64,000 nt of DNA from Planctomycetota bacterium (lineage in GTDB: Bacteria; Planctomycetota; UBA1135; UBA2386). Positions 45,563-56,142 of the stretch are shown one piece after another. Below the pieces are notes generated by a model. That model saw only the letters and a program-made list of their open reading frames with translations. It did not search any database and was not told where the DNA came from. The stretch is from assembly GCA_965662465.1 (NCBI GenBank), contig CBFIIO010000004.1, positions 67,500 to 131,499 on the forward strand. The letters are read 5' to 3'. The position numbers and the translations under genes were made by a program. Numbering within the stretch: the stretch's first letter is position 1; each line of letters begins with the position of its first letter.

Positions 45563-47281
45563 TTAACGCCCGCCGCGGGCACGTAAGAGCTTTGCGACTT
45601 TTGGACGACTGGCTTTGATCTTCTCGAGATCAAAGTCAATCCCGACTGCCGATCCCACATAGGTGAATACACCAGCAAGCCCCTCGCTCCATGGCAGTGA
45701 TGCGTTGTTTAAGGCGGTCGCGCCTTCGCGTGTCTTTGCCCCAATCTCTGAGCCCGCATCCAAGAGCACCTCGACCACTTCCAACTGCCCAAACAGTGCA
45801 GCTACATGCAACGCAGACTCACCCTTTCGGTTGGTGTCATTGACTTCAGCACCCTGAGCGAGCAAGTATCGAACCGCACGCACTTGACCGGCGAGAGCAG
45901 CCAAGGATAACGGATGCGAGCCATCCTGCTCACTGGTCTCATTCACGTCAGATCCAGACCGGACAAACTGCTTCAAGGCTGCCATGTTGCCATCACGCGC
46001 AGCCCCCCAAATAGAATTGGTCCAGGTATCTGACGAAACCGGCATGACAAACGGTGGATCGGGACGCTCTGCCCAGATTGGCATCCCATCAGCAATTTCA
46101 TTCTCGAGATCTTCACGTCGATTGCGCACAAACTCTCGTAGTGAATCCATCTCGTCGATTGCGCGCCGTTGATACCTACCGAGATATGGATCCAGCAACT
46201 CCTCAAGTCGGTCGACCTCAGCAAGAATCTGCGATTCATCCCACTGCTTGGCCAACATGCGACGAAGAGTCTTTGCATAACGTTTACGCCCAGACTCAAG
46301 CTGGTAAAGACGATACGCAACGAGACCGACAACCTTCGCAGACAACGGCACGTCCCGATTCGAATCGACCAAGCTGTATTTCATGAACAGCATGTCGGCA
46401 CCCCAGGGAATGAAGTGAAAGCGATTGGTTACCGGATGCAGGTAGACGAAGTAGTTGTTCTTGTTGCCCGTATAGCCATCCCAAAATCCCAGCAGGCTTT
46501 CCATAGCCCAAAAATCATAGAACTCATCCAGATCAATGACCTTGGCTAGCTTGGCTTCCAGAGCGCGATCACTCGACTCATCTAGCAGCGCAATCAAATC
46601 TTTGATACGAGCAAGGCCACGCGTTGCATTTCCGGACTTACGCTCAAATCCCAGCTCCCAACCTGGAAAGAAGTCGGTAACTGTGCCCTCGTACAACACA
46701 CCGCTGGAGTCACCGAAAGCACGCTCCAACATCTGACTGCGAACGCGCTCGACGACTGAGTAAACACCTAGGCTTTTGCCGTTGACCTTAACATGAGCAA
46801 ACCCTGAAAGCGGCGCACGCAACCCCGCCTTGCGAAACATCTGGTAACTCAAGAATTGGCTAATCAGACTGACGTCTTGCTTGTTGTTGTTGAGAGTTAG
46901 GTTGGTGTAGCCATCGATAGCGATGTCGCGATTGGATCGGTTCAGTTTGACCTTGAGCGATGGGCGGACACCATCCAATGACCCAACAAACCCTTTCTTG
47001 CGAACTCCAACGTCGCTGTAGACAACCCCATCAATCGCGATGCTCGCATCGAAATAACTGAAGGGCTTGCCAAACTTTCCGTTTTTGCGATCGGCAGATA
47101 GCGCCGACTCGAAGGACCGCCCCTGCAAACGTAGTTGTGTCCAATCGCGCTTTGCAATTGAGACCTCAATTTCGAGCACGCGATCGCTGGCGAACAAGAT
47201 CGGTGAGCTGCCCTGACCTTGAGAACTTACTGATGCACAAAGGACAACGGTCGTAACTACATATCGGGCCAGTCGAATCAT
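45563..47281 (-). CDS. secreted CotH-kinase-family protein with C-terminal ankyrin repeats
   Basis: Trimmed to ATG 47281 (MIRLARYVVTTVVLCASVSSQ). The CotH-like core is NNYFVYLHPVTNRFHFIPWGADMLF. The C-terminal ANK repeats are HPLSLAALAGQVRAVRYLLAQGAEVN and SALHVAALFGQLEVVEVLLDAGSE. Confidence 0.75.
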   Translation of the reverse strand: MIRLARYVVTTVVLCASVSSQGQGSSPILFASDRVLEIEVSIAKRDWTQLRLQGRSFESALSADRKNGKFGKPFSYFDASIAIDGVVYSDVGVRKKGFVGSLDGVRPSLKVKLNRSNRDIAIDGYTNLTLNNNKQDVSLISQFLSYQMFRKAGLRAPLSGFAHVKVNGKSLGVYSVVERVRSQMLERAFGDSSGVLYEGTVTDFFPGWELGFERKSGNATRGLARIKDLIALLDESSDRALEAKLAKVIDLDEFYDFWAMESLLGFWDGYTGNKNNYFVYLHPVTNRFHFIPWGADMLFMKYSLVDSNRDVPLSAKVVGLVAYRLYQLESGRKRYAKTLRRMLAKQWDESQILAEVDRLEELLDPYLGRYQRRAIDEMDSLREFVRNRREDLENEIADGMPIWAERPDPPFVMPVSSDTWTNSIWGAARDGNMAALKQFVRSGSDVNETSEQDGSHPLSLAALAGQVRAVRYLLAQGAEVNDTNRKGESALHVAALFGQLEVVEVLLDAGSEIGAKTREGATALNNASLPWSEGLAGVFTYVGSAVGIDFDLEKIKASRPKVAKLLRARGGR

Positions 47282-47652
47282 GACCGACAATCTAATGACA
47301 ATGAGATGCCGCGAACATAGACACCAAGTCAAAGACCGGCAATCCAGCGAACGTGACTCACTGCAATCGATTGGCCCTCGGAGCTGTAACGATCACAGCG
47401 CAACCGTCTCTGGTTCATCTTGCTGGCGTGCACGTGCACGCAACCACCTTCACTAAGAACCCTTGTGGCGATACACTGGGTAGCAACATAAGCCACACAG
47501 CAGCGTTCATCATCCAGGTTGAAAAGCATCGGCCAAAACCGAACCACGCTTGCCAAACAGATTGACGACAAGAAACCTGTCGCAAACGATCGGCAAGCGT
47601 CTCAAGACTTGGTGCTGGTTAACCCAGCACGCCAGTGGCAACAGATCTGAGA

Positions 47653-49284
47653 TTAGAAGATCTCGAGATAGTCACTCGCTACGTATCCGAGCGCGTTGCT
47701 TGTCGTGCTGGTTCCGACTTGGAAGTAACTCGACTGTAGGAAACCGAACAACGACGCCGGAACTGTAAACGGGACTTCGATGCGGCCCTGGGAATCAGTC
47801 ACTGCCGCAAACGTAGCAATGATGTTCACCTGAAGCGCACAACTTGGGGCACCGAAGATTCCAAGATCGAAAGGTAGCGCCACACCATCAATTGCAGTGA
47901 CGCTGTCACCGAAATTGATCATTGCCATTGCATCCGGGTCCGAACCTGTCGCGGATAGCACCCACGGCTGACCGTAGTCGAATGACGATGGGCTAGCGGC
48001 GATCATTGGACCACAAGTGGTGCCACCAGTTTGGGTGGTGATTTGACCAGGAACAGGCGCTGTTAAATCACTTTGAATTACCTCAATTCCAAATGATCCG
48101 GCATTGAAGTCACCGATTGCCAGAAACTGATAGGACACGTTGTCTGAGGGCAAAAACGGGATTGGACCGAAGACGGTGCTGCCGTTAACGCTCAGCCTGA
48201 TTGACAAGATTCCGAGGGGCAGACTCGCGACCACCTCCATACCATTGCTCAGTCCTGGAATCGTGGCGATGGGGTTGGTGACTGTTGGGTTGCCAACGTT
48301 TTCGACAATGACGTCAACAGCAGGCGCGGCAGCAAGGTGACGGATGGTGACGCGCGCATTGCCGGACGCAACGCTACTAGTTTCATTAGGGAAAGCAGAG
48401 AGTGTTGGACCGCCATTTCCGTCGAGGTTCGCTACGATCGTCACGTCATCGCCACGGGCAACCACATCGCTACGATTCAAAACGGAATTGCCGTTAACAA
48501 TCGCATCAAATGCATAGGTGCCGGGAAGGACCGTCAATGGGCCGACTGTTTCACGGAAGTCGAAGGTAAACAGGTTAGCGCCATTCGCAGCGACAGTGAC
48601 TGGTGCACCAAGACCGGGAATGCCATGTACAACGGTTACCTTTGCAGCTAAGGGCACGCGCTGGCTCAGAAGCTGGAAGTTGCTAGTTCCGGCCTGGCCG
48701 ACTGCAAAGACCCCGTATCCGACGCCGTTCTCAACGCGGACATCTACTGGTCCAAAAGCGACCGTCGAGGTCCCTGCTAGGTTCAGTTGCACCGAGTAGA
48801 TACCCGGAGCGACATCGGCCTGGGCTTGATTTCCGTTTGTCAGCCCTGGGATCGTTGCCACCGTCGAGCCGTTCTGCCCAAGAACGACATCTACCGACGG
48901 CGCTTGCGCGGAGTGCCTTACGTATAGCCGTGAAGTTGGCAAAGCGACGTTGTCGAGATCGTTCACGTAGGCTGCGATCTGTGGACTACCGCCCGCGTCC
49001 AGATTAGCGATGACTGAGTAGTCTTCGTCTGCTGCCAGGGACGCGTTTAAGCTCAATAGCGTAGAGCCATTTTGACGTACCTCGAGTGCGTAGCTACCGG
49101 GAGCAAGGCTTAGAGGGCCTTCTTGGTCGCCATATTCAAACGAAAACAAAAGCGATCCGTTAGCGAAGACATCGACGGGCGCGCTCAGACCAGGGATGCC
49201 GTGAAGCACTGATACAGAAGCCTCCTGAGCGGGTGCTGCTGCGATGAACAAGCCTGCGGCGATGGAGATTACTGAAAGTCTCAT
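47653..49284 (-). CDS. secreted protein with four DUF4397 repeats
   Basis: Trimmed to ATG 49284 (MRLSVISIAAGLFIAAAPAQ). It has repeated blocks such as VLHGIPGLSAPVDVFANG and VVHGIPGLGAPVTVAANG, and shares the C-terminal tail type. Confidence 0.75.
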   Translation of the reverse strand: MRLSVISIAAGLFIAAAPAQEASVSVLHGIPGLSAPVDVFANGSLLFSFEYGDQEGPLSLAPGSYALEVRQNGSTLLSLNASLAADEDYSVIANLDAGGSPQIAAYVNDLDNVALPTSRLYVRHSAQAPSVDVVLGQNGSTVATIPGLTNGNQAQADVAPGIYSVQLNLAGTSTVAFGPVDVRVENGVGYGVFAVGQAGTSNFQLLSQRVPLAAKVTVVHGIPGLGAPVTVAANGANLFTFDFRETVGPLTVLPGTYAFDAIVNGNSVLNRSDVVARGDDVTIVANLDGNGGPTLSAFPNETSSVASGNARVTIRHLAAAPAVDVIVENVGNPTVTNPIATIPGLSNGMEVVASLPLGILSIRLSVNGSTVFGPIPFLPSDNVSYQFLAIGDFNAGSFGIEVIQSDLTAPVPGQITTQTGGTTCGPMIAASPSSFDYGQPWVLSATGSDPDAMAMINFGDSVTAIDGVALPFDLGIFGAPSCALQVNIIATFAAVTDSQGRIEVPFTVPASLFGFLQSSYFQVGTSTTSNALGYVASDYLEIF

Positions 49285-49603
49285 GATTCTATTCTTTGTG
49301 GTGTTGGACTTGCTTGCGGGGGACGGCAAGCGCGATGGGTTTCGCAACACGCTTTGCAACGGATTCAATTTAGTCGCAAATTTAGAAGACCATTGGCCGA
49401 CTGAATCGCATCCATGCGCGTCACGTCGATACCACATGCAATCGATCCAATGCTGCGAATCGACCGGCAACCTAGCGCGGTTTGGTTCGCCACAAGGATT
49501 CACGGCCAATGGTCGAATCGACAAGCTGCCCGAATCGCAAACGACTTCATAAAGCCACAACCATTTGCGTTACGTCAGCCAGTGCACGAACTAGACTCGA
49601 CAC

Positions 49604-50425
49604 ATGGCTTTGAAACTCGCCCTGCTGCCGATGGCTTTTGCATTTCTAATTGCTGGCCCCGGACTGGCACAAAAGAAGGTCAAACTCCCAAAGCCAGGAA
49701 AGTCAGCTGAGATCATATTTGTCGGCAATAGCCTGACCCACTTTCACGACCTTCCGGCGTGTATACGCGCTCTCGGAGCGGCCGACAAACCAGCCCGGAG
49801 ACTGACAACACTGATGATTGCGCCCGGCGGCTACACGCTTCAACGGCACATCGAATCGACCAAAAAACCACGACCCGATCGGGTGATCAAAAAGGAGCGA
49901 GCGGACTACGTCGTGCTCCAAGAGCAAAGCACTCGACCGCTTTCAGATCCGAAGGCGATGGAAAAATTCGCCACCAAATTGGCGGAGACATGTAAGAAAT
50001 CCCGGTCAGTGCCGGTCTGGTACATGACCTACTCTAAGCAACATCAGCCTGAACTTCAGGATGGCATTAGCGAGCAGTACCAACGCGTCCATCAGCAAAA
50101 TGGCGGCCTACTCGCGCCAGTCGGGCGAGCCTGGCAACGAGTTCGCCGCAATAACAAAGATCTGAAACTGCACGTCAAGGATGGCCTGCATCCAAACCCG
50201 CATGGAGCGTATCTGAGTGCCTGTGTTCTTTACGGCACCATGTTTGGCGGCGACCTTCGCAACTTGCCCAGCAAACTGATTGCCGAAAGTAAGTCGGGCA
50301 AGAAGACCGTATTGATCGATATTCCTGAGGAAGAAGGGCAGTTGTTGCGTGACGCAGCTGCAGAGGCCGTGGCCGCACAATATCCCGACCGCCAGACAGC
50401 CACCTCAACAACGCGGCGCAAATAA
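49604..50425 (+). CDS. SGNH/GDSL-type hydrolase
   Basis: 273 aa with a signal peptide. Block I is IIFVGNSLT. Block V (DxxH) is VKDGLHPNPHGAY. Confidence 0.7.
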   Translation: MALKLALLPMAFAFLIAGPGLAQKKVKLPKPGKSAEIIFVGNSLTHFHDLPACIRALGAADKPARRLTTLMIAPGGYTLQRHIESTKKPRPDRVIKKERADYVVLQEQSTRPLSDPKAMEKFATKLAETCKKSRSVPVWYMTYSKQHQPELQDGISEQYQRVHQQNGGLLAPVGRAWQRVRRNNKDLKLHVKDGLHPNPHGAYLSACVLYGTMFGGDLRNLPSKLIAESKSGKKTVLIDIPEEEGQLLRDAAAEAVAAQYPDRQTATSTTRRK

Positions 50426-50612
50426 GCAAAAGCCAAGCCCGGTTGACCGGTAACGACCAGACCTTCACTCAAATCGAGCGGCCAGATATCCACGACTGGC
50501 ATTTGTTCTCCCTAGGTTAGAGAGCACCGGGCAGATTCGGCAGATTCTCCTTCTAGAACGCGGCCCGCAATATGCGCGTATCTCCTATTGGCTACGGTAT
50601 GCTCACAAACCC

Positions 50613-51038
50613 GTGAGCAAAGATTCCGATTTCTACTTCAGCACCGAAGTACGCGTTCGACTACCCGAGACCGACGCGATGGGCGTGGTATTCCACGGCA
50701 ACTACTTCACCTATCTTGAGGTCGGACGTGTCGACTATCTGCTCAACCTCGGCTTGACGGAAGGAAGCCGACCAATTCGCGACTTTGACAACGTCGTCGT
50801 GGGCGCTCATCTAGATTTCCGCTCCCCGTCCAGGCTGCACGACGTGCTAAAAATCGAGGTTCGTGTCGCCGAAATCCGCACAGCGAGCATCCGGTTTGAT
50901 TTCCGCATTCGCAACCGTCGCAGCAACGTGCTCATCGCCGAGGGCTACACGATTCACTGTGCAATTGGCGAGGACTTCAAAGCGCAGCCAGTACCAGCAT
51001 CGTTCCGCGAAGTCATCGACCAGTTCGAACAGCGCTAA
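50613..51038 (+). CDS. acyl-CoA thioesterase (YbgC/4HBT hot-dog family)
   Basis: 141 aa from a GTG start. The motif is RVRLPETDAMGVVFHGNYFTYLEVGR. Confidence 0.8.
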   Translation: MSKDSDFYFSTEVRVRLPETDAMGVVFHGNYFTYLEVGRVDYLLNLGLTEGSRPIRDFDNVVVGAHLDFRSPSRLHDVLKIEVRVAEIRTASIRFDFRIRNRRSNVLIAEGYTIHCAIGEDFKAQPVPASFREVIDQFEQR

Positions 51039-51499
51039 CCGCGACGTCGCTGCCGTTGAGAGCCTCCGCAGCTGCCGCAAATCATCCAGGCTCTTACTGG
51101 CCAATCGTCCGTGAGGGGCGCGCGAGAAAGATCAAGCCAGCTAAGAACGCAGAGCCGCAGGCAGGCATGCATCACAGCTCCCCCTCGAGGTAACGCCCTT
51201 ATAATGTGCCTTAGCGCTAGCTGACGAACCGCAAACCCGATTCTGATTACGGGAAAAACGCCTACACCAGCGCCCCACGAATAGAGCGCTCTCCCACTGC
51301 GGCTAACGGGCAAAGGCATACTCACCACTTCAAGCTCCAAACCAACCCTGAACGCCACCGGGTCGGGCACGCGCAGCTGCCAAATCCGGCGCAGCATGCG
51401 TCTGCCGGCGCACGACGCAGCCCACGCTAATCGCCCGCAGCACCATCTCGAGCGACATAGACCATAGATCGCCGCCATCAGAGTGCCTAGCCTGCGGAC

Positions 51500-53872
51500 A
51501 TGTTGACGACCCATTCCTTGGCCCTCGCGGCCTCCATGGTGACGACCCTGTGCGTAGCCATAGCGCAAACTCCGACCAGCATCGATCCGCGCACCGGGAT
51601 GCCGACCAAGCAGGCCCGCCGCGACGCCTTTCGACAGCTCGACCAAGAGCTCCCGACCCCGACTCCATACCGAACTGGTTCTGGAGCGCCCGGTCACGCC
51701 TACTGGCAGCAGCAAGCGGACTATGTGATCGACGTTGCGCTCGACGAGACCACGCGTCGCATGACCGCCCGTGAACGCGTGACCTACCAAAACAACAGCC
51801 CAGACCACCTCGACTACCTCTGGCTGCAGCTCGACCTAAACCTCTTGCGACCGAACGCCGACGGACACGTCGCGACGTCGACAGACTCGATGGACCAGAT
51901 CTCCTACGAGACGCTCGGCTACGCGCTCGCGCGAAACCAGTTCGACGGCGGCGTCGAGGTCACTGAGGTCAGCGACGCCAAGGGTGAGCCGCTGCCTTTC
52001 GTGATCAACGGCACGATGATGCGGATCGACCTCCCAGCGCCGCTGGCGCCGAAGGCTAAAACCGCCTTCCACGTCGCCTGGAATTACCAGATGAACAACG
52101 CGGACGAAGTCGGCGCGCGCACGGCGGCCGAATACTTCGAGCGCGACGACAACTGGATCTTCGAGGTCGCTCACTGGTTCCCGCGCATGGCCGCATATAC
52201 CGACCTCAATGGCTGGGAGAACAAGCAGTTCTTGGGACGCGGCGAGTTCACGCTCGAGTTCGGCGACTACGAGGTCCGGATCACCGTCCCCGCCGACCAC
52301 GTCGTGGCTGCGACTGGGGTCCTCCAGAATCCCCAAGAGGTACTGTCGGCCACGCAGCAAGCGCGGCTCGACCAAGCAGCGGAGGCCGACCGGCCGCTGC
52401 TAATCGTGACAGCCGAAGAAGCCTTGGCCAACGAGAAGGAAAAGGCAGCTGGCACCAAGACCTGGGTCTTCAAGGGCGACAACGTCCGAGACTTCGCCTG
52501 GGCCAGTTCACGCAAGTTTCTCTGGGACGCGGTCAAGCACCGAAGCCACGGTGAGGACGTCTGGTGCATGAGCTATTGGCCGAACGAAGGCGAGCCGCTG
52601 TGGAGCCGCTACTCGACCCAAGCGGTGATGCACACGCTCGACGTCTACAGCCGCTACTCGTTCCCCTATCCATACCCCGTGGCGATCTCCGTCAACGGCC
52701 CGGTCGGCGGCATGGAATATCCGATGATCTGCTTCAACGGCCCCCGGCCCGAGCCCGACGGCACCTACTCGAAACGCACCAAGTATGGCTTGATCTCCGT
52801 CATCATCCACGAGGTCGGCCACAACTACTACCCAATGATCGTCAACAGCGACGAGCGGCAGTGGACCTGGATGGATGAGGGCCTCAACACGTTCGTGCAG
52901 TTCCTCGCCGAGCAAGAGTGGGAGGACCGCTATCCGAGCCGGCGCGGCGAGCCCCACAAAATTGTCGACTACATGAAGAGCACGGAGCAGGTGCCGATCA
53001 TGACGCACTCCGACTCGGTCTTGTCCTTAGGGCCAAACGCCTACGCCAAGCCGGCGACCGCGCTCAACGTGTTACGCGAAACGATCATGGGGCGCGAGCT
53101 TTTCGACCACGCGTTCCGGACCTACTCGCGACGATGGATGTTCAAGCGTCCATACCCTGCCGACCTCTTCCGCACCATGGAAGACGCATCTGCAGTGGAC
53201 CTCGACTGGTTCTGGCGCGGTTGGTTCTACACCACCGATCACTGCGACATCGCGCTCACCGACGTGCAGTGGTTCCGGCAGCAGCCTGCCTCGCCCGAGA
53301 AAATCGCCCAGCGAGAAAAAGACGACCGCGCACGAAGACCTGAGACGGTAAGCGAACGCCGCTACGCAGGCATAAAGAAGCGCACCGAGTCGTTTCCCGA
53401 ACTCGTAGATTTCTACAACCGCTTCGACGAACTCGACGTGACGCCGCAAGACCGCGCGGCGTTCCGCAAGGCCATGCGGGGGCTCAACCCATCGCAACAG
53501 CAGCTGCGCGCCTTCGACCAAAACCTCTTCCTGCTGTCCTTCGAGAACAAAGGCGGCCTCGTGATGCCAATCATTGTCGACCTCGAATACACCGACGGCA
53601 GCCACGAGGAGGTACGAATACCCGCTGAGATCTGGCGTCGCAACGAGGAGCGGGTCAACAAGCTCTTGATCCGCAAGAAGGTGATCGCGCGCGTCGTCCT
53701 CGACCCGCACCTGGAAACAGCCGACGCCGACCTCGACAACAACCAGTGGCCGCCACAGCTGCGTCCAAGCCGCTTCGAACTATTCCAATCGCGCCGCGAA
53801 AAACGCAACGCGATGCAACGAGCCCGAGACGCCGAGTCTAAGGGGCGTGACGCTCGAGGAGGTGGCAAGTGA
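51500..53872 (+). CDS. M1-family zinc metallopeptidase
   Basis: 790 aa with a signal-like N-terminus. The gluzincin motif is HEVGH-X18-E (VIIHEVGHNYYPMIVNSDERQWTWMDEGLNTF). GC is visibly higher than in neighbouring genes. Confidence 0.9.
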   Translation: MLTTHSLALAASMVTTLCVAIAQTPTSIDPRTGMPTKQARRDAFRQLDQELPTPTPYRTGSGAPGHAYWQQQADYVIDVALDETTRRMTARERVTYQNNSPDHLDYLWLQLDLNLLRPNADGHVATSTDSMDQISYETLGYALARNQFDGGVEVTEVSDAKGEPLPFVINGTMMRIDLPAPLAPKAKTAFHVAWNYQMNNADEVGARTAAEYFERDDNWIFEVAHWFPRMAAYTDLNGWENKQFLGRGEFTLEFGDYEVRITVPADHVVAATGVLQNPQEVLSATQQARLDQAAEADRPLLIVTAEEALANEKEKAAGTKTWVFKGDNVRDFAWASSRKFLWDAVKHRSHGEDVWCMSYWPNEGEPLWSRYSTQAVMHTLDVYSRYSFPYPYPVAISVNGPVGGMEYPMICFNGPRPEPDGTYSKRTKYGLISVIIHEVGHNYYPMIVNSDERQWTWMDEGLNTFVQFLAEQEWEDRYPSRRGEPHKIVDYMKSTEQVPIMTHSDSVLSLGPNAYAKPATALNVLRETIMGRELFDHAFRTYSRRWMFKRPYPADLFRTMEDASAVDLDWFWRGWFYTTDHCDIALTDVQWFRQQPASPEKIAQREKDDRARRPETVSERRYAGIKKRTESFPELVDFYNRFDELDVTPQDRAAFRKAMRGLNPSQQQLRAFDQNLFLLSFENKGGLVMPIIVDLEYTDGSHEEVRIPAEIWRRNEERVNKLLIRKKVIARVVLDPHLETADADLDNNQWPPQLRPSRFELFQSRREKRNAMQRARDAESKGRDARGGGK

Positions 53873-54441
53873 TGACTACAACTTCTCTTTTGCCGCTCGC
53901 CGCGGCGCTGTTCGTAGCTACGCCGCCTGCGCACCCTGGACACTCGTCCTACGCAGAGATCAGCTGCAACGCCAAACAGCAACAGCTACAAGTCTCGCTC
54001 GGCATGCTCGCAATCGACTTCGAGAAGACTCTGAGCCAACGCGCCGGCAAGCGAGTCAACCTCGACAAGACCAAAGGGGTTGAGAAGCTCGTTGAGAGCT
54101 ACCTAAGCGACCGATTCGTGGTGACGATGGCCGACGGGACCAAGCCGCAGCCGCAGTTCGTAGGACGGGAGGACGCCGGCAAGAACGTCTGGATCTACTT
54201 CACGATCCCGCTGGCGCTGACTAAGGGTAAAGACTCCCCTAAGCGCGGAGGTGCCAAAAAAGAGGGAACGATGCTGGCTGGGATCCAGCTTTGCAATCGG
54301 GTGCTGATGGAACTCAACCGCGAGCAGCGCAACCTAGTGGAGGTCCGAGAGGGTGCGTGGCGAGGCTACTTGACCTATACCGAGAAGGCACAGCAACACC
54401 TGCTGCGGCCTCCCGTCAAACCTAAGAAGGACGGCGCCTAA
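53872..54441 (+). CDS. DUF6702-like protein
   Basis: ATG 53872 shares one base with the M1 stop (TGATG), and a GTG lies at 53869. The pattern H..SYAEIS.N.....LQVSL....DFEKTL...KRVNL...YL...F is as I remember it for DUF6702, a family often found next to M1 peptidases. Confidence 0.55.
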   Translation: MTTTSLLPLAAALFVATPPAHPGHSSYAEISCNAKQQQLQVSLGMLAIDFEKTLSQRAGKRVNLDKTKGVEKLVESYLSDRFVVTMADGTKPQPQFVGREDAGKNVWIYFTIPLALTKGKDSPKRGGAKKEGTMLAGIQLCNRVLMELNREQRNLVEVREGAWRGYLTYTEKAQQHLLRPPVKPKKDGA

Positions 54442-54651
54442 GACTGCTGGAGCAATAACGACAAAGGCTAGGACGCGGTGTCTGAGAAATCCAATAACGG
54501 CGGGCTCGGCTTAGGATGCCAGCTCGCTTGCCGAACATCCTTGTGACAAGTCTGCCAAGGTCATCGATGTCTGTGCCTGCCGTCTCGCGGCACTAGGAAC
54601 ACTTGAATCGAACTGCGATACTCGGGGCATCTAACACCTACAATCAAAACG

Positions 54652-55917
54652 ATGAAGCCACTCCTAACTCGCCGGGACTTCCACCGCGGTGCCGCCACAG
54701 CCGCGCTCACCGCCGCTTTGCCTTCTTTCGGAACGCTCCCCAGCGAACCTCCGATCGTCCGCCTCGCTGTGATCGGTCCTGGTAAACGCGGCATGAACCT
54801 CATGCGAGCCGCGTTCTTAGGCAACGGCTTCCAAGTGGTAGCAGTCTGCGACGTCGATACAAACCGCCTAGAAGCAGCCAAGGCGCTTGCGGAAAAACGG
54901 CAGCCGAACACCACCTGCTTTACGACAACTAGCCACGAAGAGGCAATGGACCATCCGGACGTCGATGCCGTTGTCATCGCGACACCAGACCATTGGCACA
55001 CCCACCAGATCCTCGATGCCGCCAAGCGGCAAAAGCACATCTACTGTGAAAAACCGCTGACGTTAACCCTTCGCGAAGCACAACGCGTGATTCCAGCTGT
55101 AAACAAAGCTGGCGTCGTCTTCCAAACGGGCAGCCAACAACGCACGGAGTTTGGCCAAAAGTTTGTGCAGGCATCCGAACTGATCCGCAACGGACGCCTA
55201 GGCGAAGTCATGACCGTGCACGTCGGCGTCGGAGATCCAGCAATCGCGTGCACGTTAGACGCCGAAGAAATGGAGCCCGGCCTCGACTGGGACAGGTGGC
55301 TCGGTCCAGCACCAATGCGAGCTTTCCACTCGGACCTATCACCGCGCGGTGTCCACACGCACTATCCATCTTGGCGCCGCTACTGGGAATACGCTGGCGG
55401 CGGGCTGGCAGATATGGGGGCGCACCACTTCGACATCGCGCTCTGGGCACTGGGTCGCGACGGTAGCGGCCCTGTAGAAGTACACCCACCATACGTCGCT
55501 GACGCTACGACCGGTGCCTCTGTCGTTTTCGACGATGGCGTGCGAATCGTTCACGGTGGCCGCAGTGGTGCAACGTTTATCGGCACCAAGGGTGTGCTCT
55601 CGGTCGATCGCGATCGCATCGGCACAGAACCGACCAAACTGCTTGAAGAACCGCTCGCCGAGGATGCCGAACTGCTACCACGCCGTGCTAGCCACGCCAA
55701 AGACTGGCTTCAGGCAATCCACGGCGGCGAGCCAACAACTTGCCCCATAGAAGTTGGCGCTGGCAGCGTTGCCATCTGCCACCTACTCAACGTCGCCTAT
55801 CGACTACGCCGTACACTTCGTTGGGACCCCGAAAACTGGCGCTTTCTTGACGACGACGAAGCCAATGCACTCTGCGACTACGAGCGGCGTCCCGGCTATG
55901 AACTACCGTCCATATAG
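54652..55917 (+). CDS. Gfo/Idh/MocA-family oxidoreductase with Tat signal
   Basis: 421 aa. The twin-arginine motif is TRRDFHRGAATAALTAAL. The Rossmann start is VRLAVIGPGKRGMNLM, and an EKP motif (YCEKPLT) is present. Confidence 0.85.
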   Translation: MKPLLTRRDFHRGAATAALTAALPSFGTLPSEPPIVRLAVIGPGKRGMNLMRAAFLGNGFQVVAVCDVDTNRLEAAKALAEKRQPNTTCFTTTSHEEAMDHPDVDAVVIATPDHWHTHQILDAAKRQKHIYCEKPLTLTLREAQRVIPAVNKAGVVFQTGSQQRTEFGQKFVQASELIRNGRLGEVMTVHVGVGDPAIACTLDAEEMEPGLDWDRWLGPAPMRAFHSDLSPRGVHTHYPSWRRYWEYAGGGLADMGAHHFDIALWALGRDGSGPVEVHPPYVADATTGASVVFDDGVRIVHGGRSGATFIGTKGVLSVDRDRIGTEPTKLLEEPLAEDAELLPRRASHAKDWLQAIHGGEPTTCPIEVGAGSVAICHLLNVAYRLRRTLRWDPENWRFLDDDEANALCDYERRPGYELPSI

Positions 55918-56142
55918 CCGTGCGCCATGGGCCCGGTTTCTGAGGCAACCCATGAACCCGGACACTCGGATCAATAGCCCACAATGAGGCCATCAGGGCG
56001 AAAGCTAACCAAGTAAACGTCCCGACCTTTCTGCGTCGAACGGCCTGAACTCCGCAGCCTTATTGGCTCGATCGATGAGTTTCGCCCATTGATCGAAAGC
56101 CGGAACAAATCACCATCTCTATGCGCTATTAACGCACTGATA

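Noticed and set aside
51035-53982. Stack of long antisense/off-frame ORFs (51035..51808, 51836..52375, 52508..53008, 53072..53710, 53413..53982 and others)
   Set aside because: All are Arg/Gly/Val-rich translations typical of non-coding frames in GC-rich DNA, and they overlap the M1 peptidase gene, which has an exact HEXXH-X18-E motif. I use them only as supporting evidence for the compositional shift.
54561-55040. 159-aa minus-strand ORF antisense to the Gfo/Idh/MocA gene start
   Set aside because: It is a shadow ORF. The plus-strand gene has a Tat signal and a Rossmann motif in exactly this region.
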